A stretch of DNA of 64,000 nucleotides from Octopus bimaculoides (Eukaryota), in NCBI RefSeq assembly GCF_001194135.2, contig NC_068982.1, positions 152,063,954 through 152,127,953 of the forward strand. Direction: 5' to 3'. This document shows, piece after piece, positions 1 to 13,943 of this stretch (positions within the stretch are counted from its first letter, which is position 1; each line of letters begins with the position of its first letter). Both the position numbers and the translations under genes were made by a program. The notes beneath the pieces are model-generated. The model ran no database searches. It was given only the letters and a program-made list of their open reading frames with translations, and was not told where the DNA came from.

Positions 1-169
1 TATATATGTATGTACATAGATATGTATGTAAATATGTATGTATGTACATATGTATGTAAATATGTATGTATGTACATATGTATGTATGTATGTATGTATG
101 TATGCATGCATGTATGTATGTATGTAAATATTTATTATTTATGCACGTATGTATGAATAGGTGCAAGGA

Positions 170-540
170 TGACTGTGTGGTAAGAAGCTTGTTCCCCAAT
201 CACATGGTAACTGAGAGAAGCCCATCATGTATATATACACGTGTGTGTATGTGTGTGTGTATGTATATATATATATATATACATATGTGTGTGTATGTGT
301 GTGTGTTGTGTGTGTTGTGTGTGCATGTGTGCACATGTGTGTGTCTGTTTGTCCACCACCACTGCTTGCCAACCAGTGTTGGTCTTGTTAATGTCCCCAT
401 AACTTAGCAACTGGTATAATAAGTATCAGGCTTAACAAAAAAAAGCCAGTACTGGGGTCAATTCATTTGACTAAAAGTTTTTCAAGTCGATGCCCCAGCA
501 TGGCTGTGGTCAAATGACTGAAACAAATAAAAGATAAAAA
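170..540 (+). mobile_element. SINE family A copy (head - TG/TA microsatellite - 3' module - LINE-type tail)
   Basis: Head gtggtaagaagcttg..., internal microsatellite, then the module ...aagtactggggtcaattcatttgactaaaa...gccccagcatggc...gtcaaatgactgaaacaaataaaaga that recurs near 16880, 21150, 41700 and 62640. Confidence 0.75.
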
Positions 541-583
541 CATAAATCTTTCAGTTTGCATTCATATGTTTCTGTGTGTGTAT

Positions 584-635
<52 letters not shown>

Positions 636-1682
636 ATGCATGCATGTGTGCAGACATGTGTGTAGTTATGTTTAAGATATGGTAGTTTTAATTTTCCCAT
701 ATTCATTCAAATTTTGAATTTTCTGTAAAATTCTGAGATACAATTACTTTATGACATCAGGTTCCACTAAATAATCGACCTATAAGATTTTATTTTCACA
801 ACACAGCTTTTAATATTTTGCAAGGATTTTAAAAAAAGATAAAAGATTTTTCTTTTTTAAATAGACATAACACTATTAATATTGGCTAAGGATTTTCTGT
901 CTTAAGCTATTTTTAGACTTATCCAGGCCCAGCAAAATAAATAAACAAATAGCTAAAAATTAATAATAATCCGAAACCCTCCTGTACTATATACTTATTA
1001 AATCTATATAACCAAAATTGAACCAAACTTTCTTACTGTCCTACAATTAGCACTTCATTATACTCAACACCCAAATTATTACAATTACTGGTGATTCTAA
1101 AGCAAGTGATAAGTAAAAGCATTTACTATTACATTTCTGGCTTTTTTTGTCTTATTTTTTTTTATATTTTTCTTTTCCTTAAGTTTTCTATAATTCTACA
1201 CATTACATTTACCACTTCTAAAAGCGTCCGAATTTAAAGGAAGGCTGGGATGTGAAATATTTGAAATTCAGAGAATGGTCACCTTGCTTCTTGAATTTTT
1301 TTGCTTGACATTTTTTTTGTATAAATATTTCATTTGCGAGTACAAACTGGATACAGCAGTAAGTAAAGTTACTGAATTTCTTTGTTTTTCAACTCTTTTT
1401 GTTTTTTTTTCTTTTTTGTTGGAGAGTTTCAGGTTTGCGATTTGATTTGATTATTAACTTTTAAATACACACATGCACATACACACACATTCTCTCACAC
1501 ACACACTCACACACATACATACACATTCAGTCAAATACAAAGACATGCATTCATGCATACATAAATAATTATATATATATATATATATATCAGTGTAATT
1601 AGCAGGTACTAGGTACTATTATGTTAATAGAATGAATATTGTTACATTTGTAGATTAAAGATTTGTTATGAAAATTGCAAAG

Positions 1683-1779
1683 TCAGCATTGTAACAGAAA
1701 CTGATGGTTTCATCCAGGACTAAGATAATTGATGGAATCTCAGCCCAGGATGAAACCATTGGTTACTGTAAGGCACTGA
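1683..1779 (+). other. Isolated stem-loop (pre-miRNA-like or mini-MITE)
   Basis: Arms 1695-1726 and 1737-1768 pair at 28 of 32 positions (26 WC + 2 GU) around a 10-nt loop; weaker pairing extends to 1683/1779. Structure is seen directly; function unknown. Confidence 0.6.
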
Positions 1780-1840
1780 ACCATCAATTCCTATGACTCA
1801 CACACAATCACAAACATACATGCATACATACATACATGTG

Positions 1841-1904
<64 letters not shown>

Positions 1905-3207
1905 GGTATGTGTTTAACTTTGTTATCATCCAGTTCAAGCTGGGTTTGATTGCTTGTGAGTAGAACTAAATATGTGTGCGCGTGTGTGTGTGTGTGTTTG
2001 GAGAGACAAACGATAGAGAAGCACTGATATACGGTAAAAAATGTTACATAAACATATACGTACACATACTTGACAAAGAAAATATATAGTCCTTGATATA
2101 TCTTTACAGCTGTTTCAAAAATTCAGTGGCTGCTTCATGCATTAATGTGCATTGCACAAACAGGTATACATACTTATGAAATAATACATATCAAATAAGT
2201 AGAAATTGTTATTAGTACATAAACATGACATGCTAAAATGTTCAAGCTGGAAATGTTGAACTGGCAAATTTTCTCACTAAATACAAATTCTATAGAAACA
2301 GATTGATATTTAAAAACATAAAAACATTATTAAAAATGGTAGAAAGAGGGGGATTAGCAGTAGTAAGGTGGAAGGAAGGCTGTGAGATCAAGAGCAACAA
2401 CATATAAGTAAAACTGAGGGAGTAGGCAAGAGATAAGTATGTACAAAAGAAAGAAGAGAATGAAAAATGTAGAGTATAGGAAAAAGGTCCACATTTTTGG
2501 TTATCATCAGATTATATGCATAAATCAAAGTTTGAGGAAATCAGACTAAGGAAGGAAGATCAAAGAGAATTCATTATAAGAAACAAAAAAAAAAGAAAAA
2601 TGAAAGAGGATACAAGAAAGGCATTGTCTGCTGTGCAAGTGGCAAAATGACTTCTTGTTGGTTTTATTACAATATAAGCATTCAAACATGTAACAATGCA
2701 GAAGGCAAAAGAAAATTGTAAAGGATCAAAAGTTGAGGAACAAGAAAACAAGAAAGTAACAAAATAATATAAAGGAAAATATTTCGTATATTAGTAAATG
2801 TATAAAGAGCAGCTGTAAAATGTTATCATTATATAATTATAAATAAAATTTTAAACACTTTAAAGCATCATATATATGATATGTCAAATCTAATTAGGCT
2901 CAGTTGGTATATGTAAAAGATGAATATGAATATAAAGAGGAATTTTTAAAACAGCTTTAAAGGTTATCAAGGATTATGTTTGACTATATTTGTTTTGCCA
3001 AATATGTGCATGTTTAAATTCATGTAACATCTTTTATAAATGATTTAATGCTGTATGTAAGTGCTTGTCCATATTTTATTTCTTTATTAGCTGCTCAAAG
3101 TATACATTTCATATAGCTAACTTTTGTCTCACTAGCTATTTTTACCCTGAATTGGATATGGGATTTTAACAATCTGGACTAGTCTGCACACTAATCTAGT
3201 TTTCATA

Positions 3208-3259
<52 letters not shown>

Positions 3260-3627
3260 NNNNNNNNNNNNNNNNNNNNNNNNNNNNNNNNNNNNNNNNN
3301 NNNNNNNNNNNNNNNNNNNNNNNNNNNNNNNNNNNNNNNNNNNNNNNNNNNNNNNNNNNNNNNNNNNNNNNNNNNNNNNNNNNNNNNNNNNNNNNNNNNN
3401 NNNNNNNNNNNNNNNNNNNNNNNNNNNNNNNNNNNNNNNNNNNNNNNNNNNNNNNNNNNNNNNNNNNNNNNNNNNNNNNNNNNNNNNNNNNNNNNNNNNN
3501 NNNNNNNNNNNNNNNNNNNNNNNNNNNNNNNNNNNNNNNNNNNNNNNNNNNNNNNNNNNNNNNNNNNNNNNNNNNNNNNNNNNNNNNNNNNNNNNNNNNN
3601 NNNNNNNNNNNNNNNNNNNNNNNNNNN
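3260..3627. other. Assembly gap (N run)
   Basis: Run of N after a (CA)n tract. Other gaps: 19227-19236, 25619-26102, 52674-52786, 57773-58560. Confidence 0.99.
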
Positions 3628-3917
3628 GAGCGAGATTGTTGCCAGTGCCCCTGGACTGGCTCTTGTGTGGGTGGCACATAAAATACACCATTTTGAGCAT
3701 GGCCATTGCCAGTACCGCCTGACTGGCCTTCGTGCGGGTGACACGTAAAAGCACCGACTACACTCTCTGAGTAGTTGGCGTTAGGAAGGGCATCCAGCTG
3801 TAGAAACTCTTCCAAATCAGATTGGAGCCTGGTATAGCCATCTGGTTTCACCAGTCCTCAGTCAAATCGTTCAACCCATGCTAGTATGGAAAACGGACGT
3901 TAAACGATGATGATGAT
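3628..3917 (+). mobile_element. RTE-clade LINE (family B) 3' UTR / RTE-tailed short element with (TGA)n tail
   Basis: ...ggttggcgttaggaagggcatccagctgtagaaac...aacccatgctagtatggaaaacggacgttaaacgatgatgatga. The same terminal block is attached to RTE ORF2 ends at 9187-9618, 44808-45945 and 51928-52440. Confidence 0.75.
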
Positions 3918-4049
3918 ATATATATATATATATATATATAATTCCCATGCTTGCATGATCAGATAAAATTTTGTTGGCAGATTTTGCTAAAGTCACATGC
4001 CCTTTCTGTATTGCCAACCATCACCTGTTTCCAAGTAAGATAGTATTTA

Positions 4050-4440
4050 CTTTGTTCTCTTGAGTAACAAACAAGCCAATGGCTGGACATTTTTCAGCAG
4101 CAAACTATAAACAAATAGCACCATTTGTGTGTCAGTGTGTCTTGTTTACAATTAGCTTGTTCATGCCAGGACAAGGGGACAAGACCACACATAGACATAT
4201 ATATACAAGGGGACAAGTGCACACATACATATCATACATATATATATGTTTATATACATTCATAACCCTCTATCTATCTATATCAGTATGTATGTATGTA
4301 TGTATGTTTGTATGTATGTATGTATGTATGTGTGTGTGTATGTATAGGCACAGAGTCTCCTATAGTTTCCTTCTAACAAAATTAACTGGCAATGCATTTG
4401 TAATCTCACATCTATAGTTGAAGAAAGAGCCAATCATGTC
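4050..4440 (-). mobile_element. Degenerate SINE family A copy
   Basis: Reverse complement of 4345-4430 resembles the head segment ctatag...ttggtagacggaaactg; internal TA/TG microsatellite; strongly diverged. Confidence 0.4.
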
Positions 4441-6300
4441 TGCATAATATAAATGAAGCCAAAATCTTGTGGTTCTGAAGCAAATAGACCTCACAGACAA
4501 GTCTGTATCTAGAAATTGTTTAGTGTTCACACTTTCTATGAAATGTGAACGTACTTTTGCTAAAATATTTTAATAGGTTGTTCTTTCCTTTAATATTGTT
4601 CCCTCACTATTTAAAAAAAAATCTCATATTTAATTCAATACCTACCATAAAGATGTTCTTAGATGTATCAAATTTACGTTATAAGAATACATTTACTAAA
4701 GAAGAAGACAACTTGTAAGCAGATACCCAGAAAATTTCACTGTTTTTTATTTGCCTATTATCATAAGACTGGTTCATGAAAAGATAATTTAGAATGACAC
4801 AAAGAACTACAGGAAAATATTTACAATAAGGTAAAATATTTCTGTCATTTTAGACATTATAAGCATTGATCAGATTCAAACTGATGGAACTTGACCCTTG
4901 TATATATTGCTTACCAAGTGACAGTGTTATTGATTACACTACAGAGTGCCTACTATTCACTCTTTTACAAATTAAGTTCCATAATTTTCTTCCTGCTATT
5001 TAGAGTGTGCTGCTTACCTCAAAAATAAGTCATATGCTACTCAGCACTAGCAAAATAAACTATTCTACTAAAGCCTAGCATAGCAGATTCTATTACCATG
5101 GATCAATGCTTATGACAAGAATTAATTCTATAAATGTGAAAAAAATTAGAAACTAATAGCAAAGATTTTAATAAATGGTATTAGATATATTATATATGGA
5201 ATTAAACATTATAAGCACCAATTTGAGACAGATAAAGAGCAACAAAGTCTTTGATAAAATTTGAATCACTGTCTCAAATTCATTCTATACTATCTAATAT
5301 CCTTCACATTAATTTCTAGATGTTAATTTATAAACAAAATGTCTTTTATGTTAATAATAATGGTGAAATATCAAAGAAAGATACAGAAAGCTTTATCTTT
5401 TAATTCTAATTCCACATTATTTCTTTCGTATTGTTTTGTTAATGAATATGTGTGACTTTATCTGAAATTGAGTGACATTCCAATTTAGAGCAGGGTTAAT
5501 TTACTCTTTATCCAGACAGAAAGAAAAAGAAATCCCACTAATATTTTTTTTTTCCATAAAATTGTTTTCATTTTAATATGGATCAACAATTTTTAACAAA
5601 TAGAAACAGTTGTAGTTTACACAAAGCTGTGTACTTATTGTCACAGGCTGATATTATGGTGTTACATTTTAATTTGTAAAACTTATGTTCTAATTCAATT
5701 ATTCTATGCAAAAGAAAATGCACACATACACATACTAACATGCATACATACAAATACACATGCAAATACATACATATCTATTTGTATATATACACAAAGA
5801 AATTAAGGCAGTATTATTGCATGAAACTCACTTTGGGAGTATTTCACATATTTCTCACTTATTTGTGCATGATTTATCTAGCACGCATGTTTGCATGAGT
5901 ATTTTATAAATTAACTTGAATCAAAATTTCTTTCATGTAACTATATGCAGGTTGACTAAAGTTTCAGGCACTTTGCTGTCAAAATAAGGTTATATCTTTT
6001 ATTTATTGCTTTATTCATTTATTTCCTTTGCTTTTTATTTAGGATCAAATGGCCTACATTCAATCACACTGGAAAATATATCTCTAAATCTATGACTATC
6101 TATTTATCATGTTTCTCATTCCCTCTCTTCTTTTATTCTCACTCATATAGATAATATTCACATGTGTAAGAACACACACATACACATACACCCACCCAAA
6201 AACACACACACATATATATATATATACACACTCATTTATATATATGTACATAAACTCACACACACATTTGTGTGTGTGTGTGTGTGTATATATATATGAA

Positions 6301-6368
<68 letters not shown>

Positions 6369-6539
6369 TGCGTGTATGTAGATATATATACACATAGACA
6401 CACACACATACAGGCACAGATGCATATGGACAAATATAAACATTTAAAGAATATCCTTGTTTCCAGAATCAAACATTTCTACATTACATTTCGTTTCATT
6501 TCCATATGTTTAGACTGATTTTGAAATAGTAAACTCAGC

Positions 6540-6780
6540 ATCAATATTTTCATTTTTAAAATATTCACCTTACAAATTTCCACCTTCAAAGTTTCCATTT
6601 TCAATATTCCACTTTTAATATCTACACTTTCAACATTTATACTTTCAAATTTCCTCTTTCAATATTTCCACTTGCCATAATATTTTTTCATTCATTATAT
6701 TTCACTTTTTTCATATTAAAATTTTCTTCATTCAACACATTCACTTTGCACATTTTTTCCTACTTCATTAATTACATTTT
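6540..6780. repeat. Degenerate ~15-bp tandem repeat (consensus ~ctttcaatatttcca)
   Basis: About 10 recognisable units in 6540-6680, decaying to 6780. Confidence 0.6.
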
Positions 6781-9186
6781 TGTCATTGTTGTTGTTGTTG
6801 TAATAGATTGCAGAAATGTAATTAATAGTTGAAGAAAAAAAAAATACAAAAAGACAAAAAAACTCAAATTACTTCAAAATTTTTCTGACATCAGATCATT
6901 ATTTCTGTTTAACATGTAGATTTCTGTCATAGTATATTGTTCTCTCTCTTTCCTTCACACACTCACACACACACACATACAAATACAAGCATATATATGA
7001 TTTCAAAAGGAAACTAAGATTAATCTATTGTTTGTTAAATTTATATTTTAGTTTGAAACCAGTTTCAAGGAATATAACAACTAAAATAATATCAAGAATA
7101 AATAAGAATAAACACACTTTGATTGAGCTAGAAAAAATGTGTTTTTAATTTAAATTTATCTATAACAAAAACTTGAAACTAAAATATATTACTATAAAAC
7201 TAAAACTAATTGTCTAAACTGAATATTTAATTGCTTTATTTTGATGTATTTGTATGTAAACAGAAATATTAGCATTAGAATTTAAATATTAGTCAATGTT
7301 AAATATAATTAGCTATCAAATACAACAGACATGGAATACACATGAAATGCATCAGATATCAAAGAATGTGGACACACACACACACATACGTACACACACA
7401 CAAACACATCCCCACACAGATATTTCATCAAATATCAAAATAACATTATTCTTAATTTCCATCTTTTTAATTTCAATTTAGAATGATATGGAAGAACAAT
7501 GGCCTCATCTCCTCCCACTAATTTTCTTTTTTAAAAAAGAATATTTTGTATGAAAAATACTCTGCATTTCAATAATTTATTGGCATTACCATCAGTGGTG
7601 TTATTATTAATATTGATATCACTATTCTAATTATTATATTCTTATTATCATCCTCACATTATAAGAGTGTTGCATAAATATATATCTATGCAAAAATTCA
7701 TGCTACTGTGCATTTATGAGACACGCAGATAAATAGAAAATATAGAAAGGTAGATAAAAATAATGACATAGCCAAATACACACATACAATACAACAAAAA
7801 TTAGTAACACACAATAAATGTATTCCTTTACATTCAGTTGAAGGAGATTGCTTGCTTAGCTAGAAATAACAACCAAATTTCTCTTAAATTGCACCCTACT
7901 GTCTCTGAACTAGTCAAAGATGGTCAGGACTAGAAGGACTAAAATACCTTTGATCGTAGCTCTGCTCAGTCAAGGCTGACTTGGGGTTTAAAAAAATAAT
8001 AACTCAACCTAAACCATGCAAATACTGCAAATATTAATAACAATTTTTCTAATTTCTTCTAATTTACTTTTATTACTGTATTCTGATAATGTGTGATGAT
8101 ACAATAACTTCAGTAATGAGATATGGAGTAGCCTGAAGGTGTTAGGTTCTTGATAATATTTACAGCTGCTATTCAAATATTTCTCACCAAATAAGAAATG
8201 ACAATATATGAAAATGTTGACAGGCTTCTGATAAAAAAAAATTAGAAAGCGGCTAAGTAGAGCACCTGCATTTTGTCCTTTTAATATAAGTAGATCTCAA
8301 TTGATTTTGTAAAACCTTTAATGATTTGTTCAGATGTACATATTCCATGACTACATTTCTGTCGTGTAAAATATCCAACAGCAATTACATTGGAATGGTA
8401 TTTTGTGGGTAGAAGTAGTTGTGGTGGTGAGGATGGGATGGTGGCAGAGTGAAAGATTTGCTTTTGTTTTTTTCTTTTGTTATTTGTTTTAATATCATTG
8501 GGAAATTGTTTGACCTAGAAGCATTTCGTCGTTGCTGTTGCTGATCTTATAACTGTTGTTGTTAGTTATAATAATAGTAATAACAACTATTATGATGATG
8601 ATGGTGATGTTGATTAAGGAAAAAAAAACGATGAAGGTGATTGTCTTTATTTGTTTTTTAATGTGACAATAGGCATGCAGTATGTGCATTGGAATAAAGC
8701 AAAATTGTGTGCAGTGAATATTGAAATAATGCAACAATAGGTATGCAGTGAATACTAAAACAATGACAATATACACCTGTTTTTATTTTCTCTTTGTATT
8801 TTCTTATTTGATTTGTATTTAGTTTGATGTTATTTACACACACACACACATGCATACAAACACACACATACACATGCATATACACATGCACATACTTTTA
8901 TTCTTTTATTCATTATTGTTTTAGTCATTTGACTGCGGCCATGCTGACACACACATAAACAGTGTTGTGTCAATAAAACATGACTTAGTGATTTCACAAA
9001 TATAGATCAATACAGTAGACACTGGAGAAGATGAGATGACTAAACAATTGCTTGTGTGCCCTAACGTGGCTACTGTTCATCAACTGATAATTTAAAAGAA
9101 TAAAAGAATATTTGTCTTGATTATCCTAATTCATGTCACTGACCATTCTGAGTTATTTCTCTAAATCCATTTTTGTTTAATATATA

Positions 9187-9618
9187 TCATTATCATCATC
9201 ATCATCATCACTTAATGCCCATTGTTCATGCTGGCATAGGTTGGATGGTTTGACCAGGGCTGGTAAGCTGAGGGGCTGCACCATATTCCAGTCTGATTTG
9301 GCATGGTTTTTATGGCTTGATGGGTTTTCTTCTCAAGCACAGAATATTACCAAAGGTCTTGGTCATTGTCATTGCTTTTATGAGGCTTAGTGCTCGAAAG
9401 GTGCATTTAACATGCCACTGGCATGGATACCAGTTATGTGACAACAGCATCAGCAACATTGCCTCTGTGAGACCCAACACTCAACAGATGCTTTTTACAT
9501 GCTACCAGCATGGGTGCCAGTTGCCTCTGTGAGGTCTAACGTTCAAAGATCATGCTTCACCACCTTGTTCCATGCCTTCCTGTGTCTACCTCTTCCACAG
9601 GTTCCCTCCACAGTTAAA
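9187..9618 (-). mobile_element. RTE family B 3' end (ORF2 C-terminus + 3' UTR + (TGA)n)
   Basis: Minus strand of 9520-9618 reads LTVEGTCGRGRHRKAWNKVVKHDL*TLDLTEA, a typical RTE ORF2 end; followed by the conserved 3' block and a TGA tail at 9187-9210. Confidence 0.75.
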
Positions 9619-9623
9619 GATAG

Positions 9624-10975
9624 GCCAGAGAACATGGAGTAGGCTTTGCAATAAAGAACAGCTTGCTGAGGATGGTAGAACCAGGCATCGGTGGCCCCGA
9701 GTGGCTCTTAACTCTCTACCTCAACACTATCGAAGGCCCTGACATCCTCGTCAGTGTGTATGCTCAGACAATGTATGCTGTCCCGGATGCCAAGGATGAG
9801 TTCTACAAGAACCTTGCATCCACTATCAAGAGCATCCCCATTAGCGAACAACTTATTCTCCTGGTTGACATCAATGCCAGAGTGAGTGCTGACAATGACT
9901 CATGGCCATCTTGCCTCAGTCCATTTGGGGTGGGGAAATCGAATGAGAACGGACAGTGATTGCTTGAGCTCTGCACCTTTCACGACCTGTGCATCACCAA
10001 TGCCTTTTTCAAGACCAAGCCCCAACACAAAGTGTCTTGGAGACATCCACACTCAAATGGACCGCTTCTGCCAGGCCTGCAAGGACTTTGGGTTGACCAT
10101 CAGCCTGAAGAAGACAAGCATCCTGGTGCAAGGCACACCAGCATAGCCAGCTGTCACCATCGATGATTACAAACTTGAAGTTGTTCATCAATTCACCTAC
10201 CTTGGGTCCACCATCACTGACAACCTCTCTCTCGATGCCAAGATTAACAAGAAGAGAATTGGGAAGGCAGCCACTATGCTTGCACGGTTCACATCAAGAG
10301 TGTGGACAAACCCAAAGTTGACAGTGTAAACAAAGATGGCTGTGTACAATGCCTCTGACCTTAGCACCCTGTTGTATGGCAGCAAGACATGGACCACATA
10401 TGCTCGTCAGGAAAAATGCTGAACAGCTTCCATCTCAGAAGCCTACAATGCATACTCGGCATCTCCTGGCAGGACAAGGTGACCGACACCGACGTCCTGA
10501 CTCTTACTGGCCTCCCTTCTATGTACACCTTGATGAGACAACGTTGACTATGCTGGCTAGGCCACATTCACTGTATGGAGGACGGCCAAATCCCAAAAGA
10601 TATTCTCTATGGAGAACTTGCAGCAGGACAGAGGAACAAGGGCTGCCTGCAGCTGAGGTACAAAGACGTGTGCAGGAGGGACATGAAGGCACTCAACATT
10701 GACATTAACTGCTGGGAGGACCTGGCAGTGGACCACACCAGGTGGAAAAGTACACTTCTCAAACAGCTGCAGAAAAGTGAGCCTGACGTAAGGGATCAAC
10801 AGCCTACAGACCAGAATCCACACACAGATGCGATCTAAGCAACAAAGACTGTCATTCTCACATTGGTCTCCGTAGCCACAGGAGGCGCTGCTCAAGCTGA
10901 GCGGCCCAACCTAGACAATAAATAGACGGATGTGATACCCATGGTCAGCCATGATCGAAGGTGACCTTAAATAAA
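9624..10975 (+). mobile_element. Internally deleted RTE-clade LINE (family A) remnant
   Basis: APE endonuclease motifs (EHGVGFAIKN, SVYAQT, LILLVDINARV, ITNAFFKTKPQHKVSWRHP) fused near 10055 to post-YADD RT (MDRFCQACKDFGLTISLKKT, FTYLGSTI, GQIPKDILYGEL, LRYKDVCRRDMK), then a C-terminal C2H2-like segment (CDLSNKDCHSHIGLRSHRRRC). Multiple stops and frameshifts. Confidence 0.85.
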
Positions 10976-10988
10976 AAAAATATATATG

Positions 10989-11029
<41 letters not shown>

Positions 11030-11059
11030 TCATATTTGGTTTGACTTCATTATTACAAT

Positions 11060-11250
11060 AGTTAGTGTGCTGGATGAAATGCTTAGTGGTATTTTACCCA
11101 TCGCTACATTCCACCAAGGCCAACTTTACCTTTCATCCTTTCAGGGGCGATAAAATAAGTACCAGTGAAACATTGGGGTCGATGAAATCGACTGCTCTCC
11201 TTCCCTAAAACTGCTGCCCTTGCAGCATAATTTGAAACCATTATTACAAC
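11060..11250 (+). mobile_element. SINE family B copy (tRNA-like head + conserved central domain)
   Basis: Core ttacctttcatcctttcaggggcgataaaataagtaccagt...tggggtcgatgaaatcgact shared with 36481-36614, 52455-52615 and 54995-55200. Confidence 0.7.
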
Positions 11251-13943
11251 TAATATGATTTAATGCCAATACAAACTAGCTGGACTTGACTCCACTTATA
11301 CAGATATTTTAATGATTATTTGTAGTAGTTTGTTATATTTGATTTGAGTCAAAACTTCTGGTACCATGTACTGCATCTTAGCATAAAACAATAATAACTA
11401 TATATATGCATATGTAACGATTAAGTTTTTAGTTGAAGTTGAGGGTCACCAATTGTAATGGTTAAGATTGATTAGGTACACAATAATATGAAATGTCGGA
11501 GTCAGCAGTTGTAACAATAACAATTTGTTGTTATAACGGCATGTTGTAGGATGTGGAAGATAGGCAATGCATGAAGTTTTAAGAAGGTATTTATTTACCG
11601 TTACATTGAAAATACCTTGCCTCGTCGGGCAGATTATAAAATCCAAGAGCATGTAAAAGAAAGTTAGATGTGGTAGAATTTTTCTTTATATAGTTTTGTG
11701 TACATGTTGTTAGTAGTAATCCACAGATAGCAATAGAATGATGTTGTAAGAGAACAGAATTAGAGCTAGTGAAAGTTGTAGGGTCATGGGAAGGTGTCTC
11801 ATAGTTGCTGATGGTAAATATCATTTCTATATCTGACCATTGTCTTTAGTAGCTGCCTTGCTTGTGATCATGATTCTGGCAGTCCATTCCTAACTGATTG
11901 AGTTGTCATGAGCCAACTCACTCAGTTGTCACCAAGTGATTACTGGTTTTTGGTTGGGGGTTCTTGCTTTTACAACTATCCAGAAGGATAGACATATCGT
12001 TGAGAACAATGGGCTTCGTTGGTGGTACTGTGATATCTCTGTTCTAGCTTTGGGTGAAGTAGAAAAGGTTAAAAGGGTCAAGTAGTGAAGACATTATTTT
12101 GGCCTAGCTAAAGGGCAATCTGGCAAATGTAAAACTGCTGTCAGAGAAAAACCATTGTTCCACCATAAGGAAAGTTTTGTTGAACTGTTAATTTAAATTT
12201 GGCTATGGTTGATCGATTATGTAATCTTCATTTAACTAGCATCAGATTGTTTAGATATAAGCACATGCTATGTATGACGTCTTGCTGCTTGTCTGTACTG
12301 TGGTCATCACAAGTATCTGCAGACATACAGATGTAGACTGGTGTAAACCCCATATGATTAACCACTGCATGTCAGAGCAAGCATTAAACATTAGAGTCCT
12401 CAGCTAGGTGAAGGCAGAATATATCAGTAACAACAGATCTGAAGATTGCACCTAGTACCCTAGGTCTCTAACAAAGCTGACCTTTGGTTACACAATCTCA
12501 GAGTATTTCAGTTCTTCTGTATTAGAGAGTACAGATATTAGAAGAATCCGGCTGTAAAAAGCAATTGCTTCAATATCAAAATATCCAAATTTACAAATAC
12601 TTTTTTAGCCAAGCTAACAGGGGGAAAATAATTTAGAAAAGGAAAAATAATAAAGAAAATGATAAATTGAGAAAGTGGTTCTGAAATATCATCATCATCA
12701 TCATCACCATCATCAATTTTTTATATTTATAAATTTTCTTTTTCTTTTCCTTTTTTTTTTTTGTTTGGCTTACATTTAAATGATTCTAAATTAACATATC
12801 CTATAGACTTTCAGTTGTTGGTTAAATATTGACATCTAATTTTAACCTGAATTTGGAGTGGGCTGCCAGGAATGTGTGAATAGAGCACATGTTTAGATAT
12901 AAAAGAATTTACCAATTTTGAATCTGACAAGTCATATTTTGATCAACTGAACAGACATGACTTGAAATAAGATGGGAAAACAAACAATACAACTTTGTAT
13001 ATCTTGATTTAGGTTTTCCAGGCAAAGAAAATAGAAAAAAGAACTCATGCAGCTATATTTTGTATGGAACCCCAAAATTTAATTCTAGCAGAAATCTGTT
13101 GCTAAAACTATCCATGATTATAAGCAATGTGCATTACTTGGAAATATTTCTATCCTGCAAGTTTTATATATTGGAATTTCTGTTTAGGACAGGGTTCTTT
13201 CAAGTAAATTACAAATGCCAGTAGTAGTAGTAGTAGTAATAGTAGTAATTACCATTGTTATTATTACTATTATTATTATTGCTGCTTATCTGCTGCTGTT
13301 GGTGCTTCTGATATAGCCATGATGAACGGACAACAAAAACAAACACAAAATTTTTATTTTTGTAATAACTATTTGTTAGAGCTTCATATAGAAAGAACTT
13401 TTTTCCATAATTTTTATCTTTGGTCCTGTCAGTTTTCTATTTATGATTTGGCTTTAGAAAATCATTTTAGATCAGAGTGAACAGCTGATAACAAAAGCAT
13501 AGAAACCCTCAAATAAAATGAAATAAACATTTGGTTTGGGAAAATACACTATTGATTCAATGTATTCCATTCAGATATTCCATTTTGGTGGCCACACACT
13601 GAAAGGAAGTGAACCATTGGCTTTTTTCAAAAAATCTATTAATGATTCATTATTTTCAATACACTCAAATCAATGATGAGATCCATGCCAGCCTGACAGG
13701 AATTACAATGCTACAAGTCCTTTGAGGTCAATGATATTTTGGTCTTATCATACAATTAATGCATAAACATATCCAATTTTAATTTTAGTGGAAACCCACA
13801 AATGTTCATTGCTACATGAGCACACATACACACACGTTTATGTTTGTGTGTGTCTGTTTATATATGCATCTATTTATCCATTTGTCATCTATCTATCTAT
13901 CAATCTATATATCTATATCTATATATATATAGATATATATATA

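Noticed and set aside
66-410. ORFs rich in YI/CV/HT/MYV here and throughout (e.g. 6096-6518, 25259-26359, 56922-57229, 60318-60742)
   Set aside because: Translations of TA, TG and TATG microsatellites or N runs; not genes.
6041-6095. ttttatttag followed by an open stretch (DQMAYIQSHWKIYL)
   Set aside because: No donor site and no HCN similarity.
7480-7530. ag/AATGATATGGAAGAACAATGG... (NDMEEQWPHLL) as a possible S3-S4 exon
   Set aside because: No GT donor before the frame closes; resemblance to QWEE is superficial.
11430-12400. Higher-complexity stretch with VFIYRYIENTL, reminiscent of a Penelope RYVDD motif
   Set aside because: One weak motif without the neighbouring motifs in order; needs a profile search.
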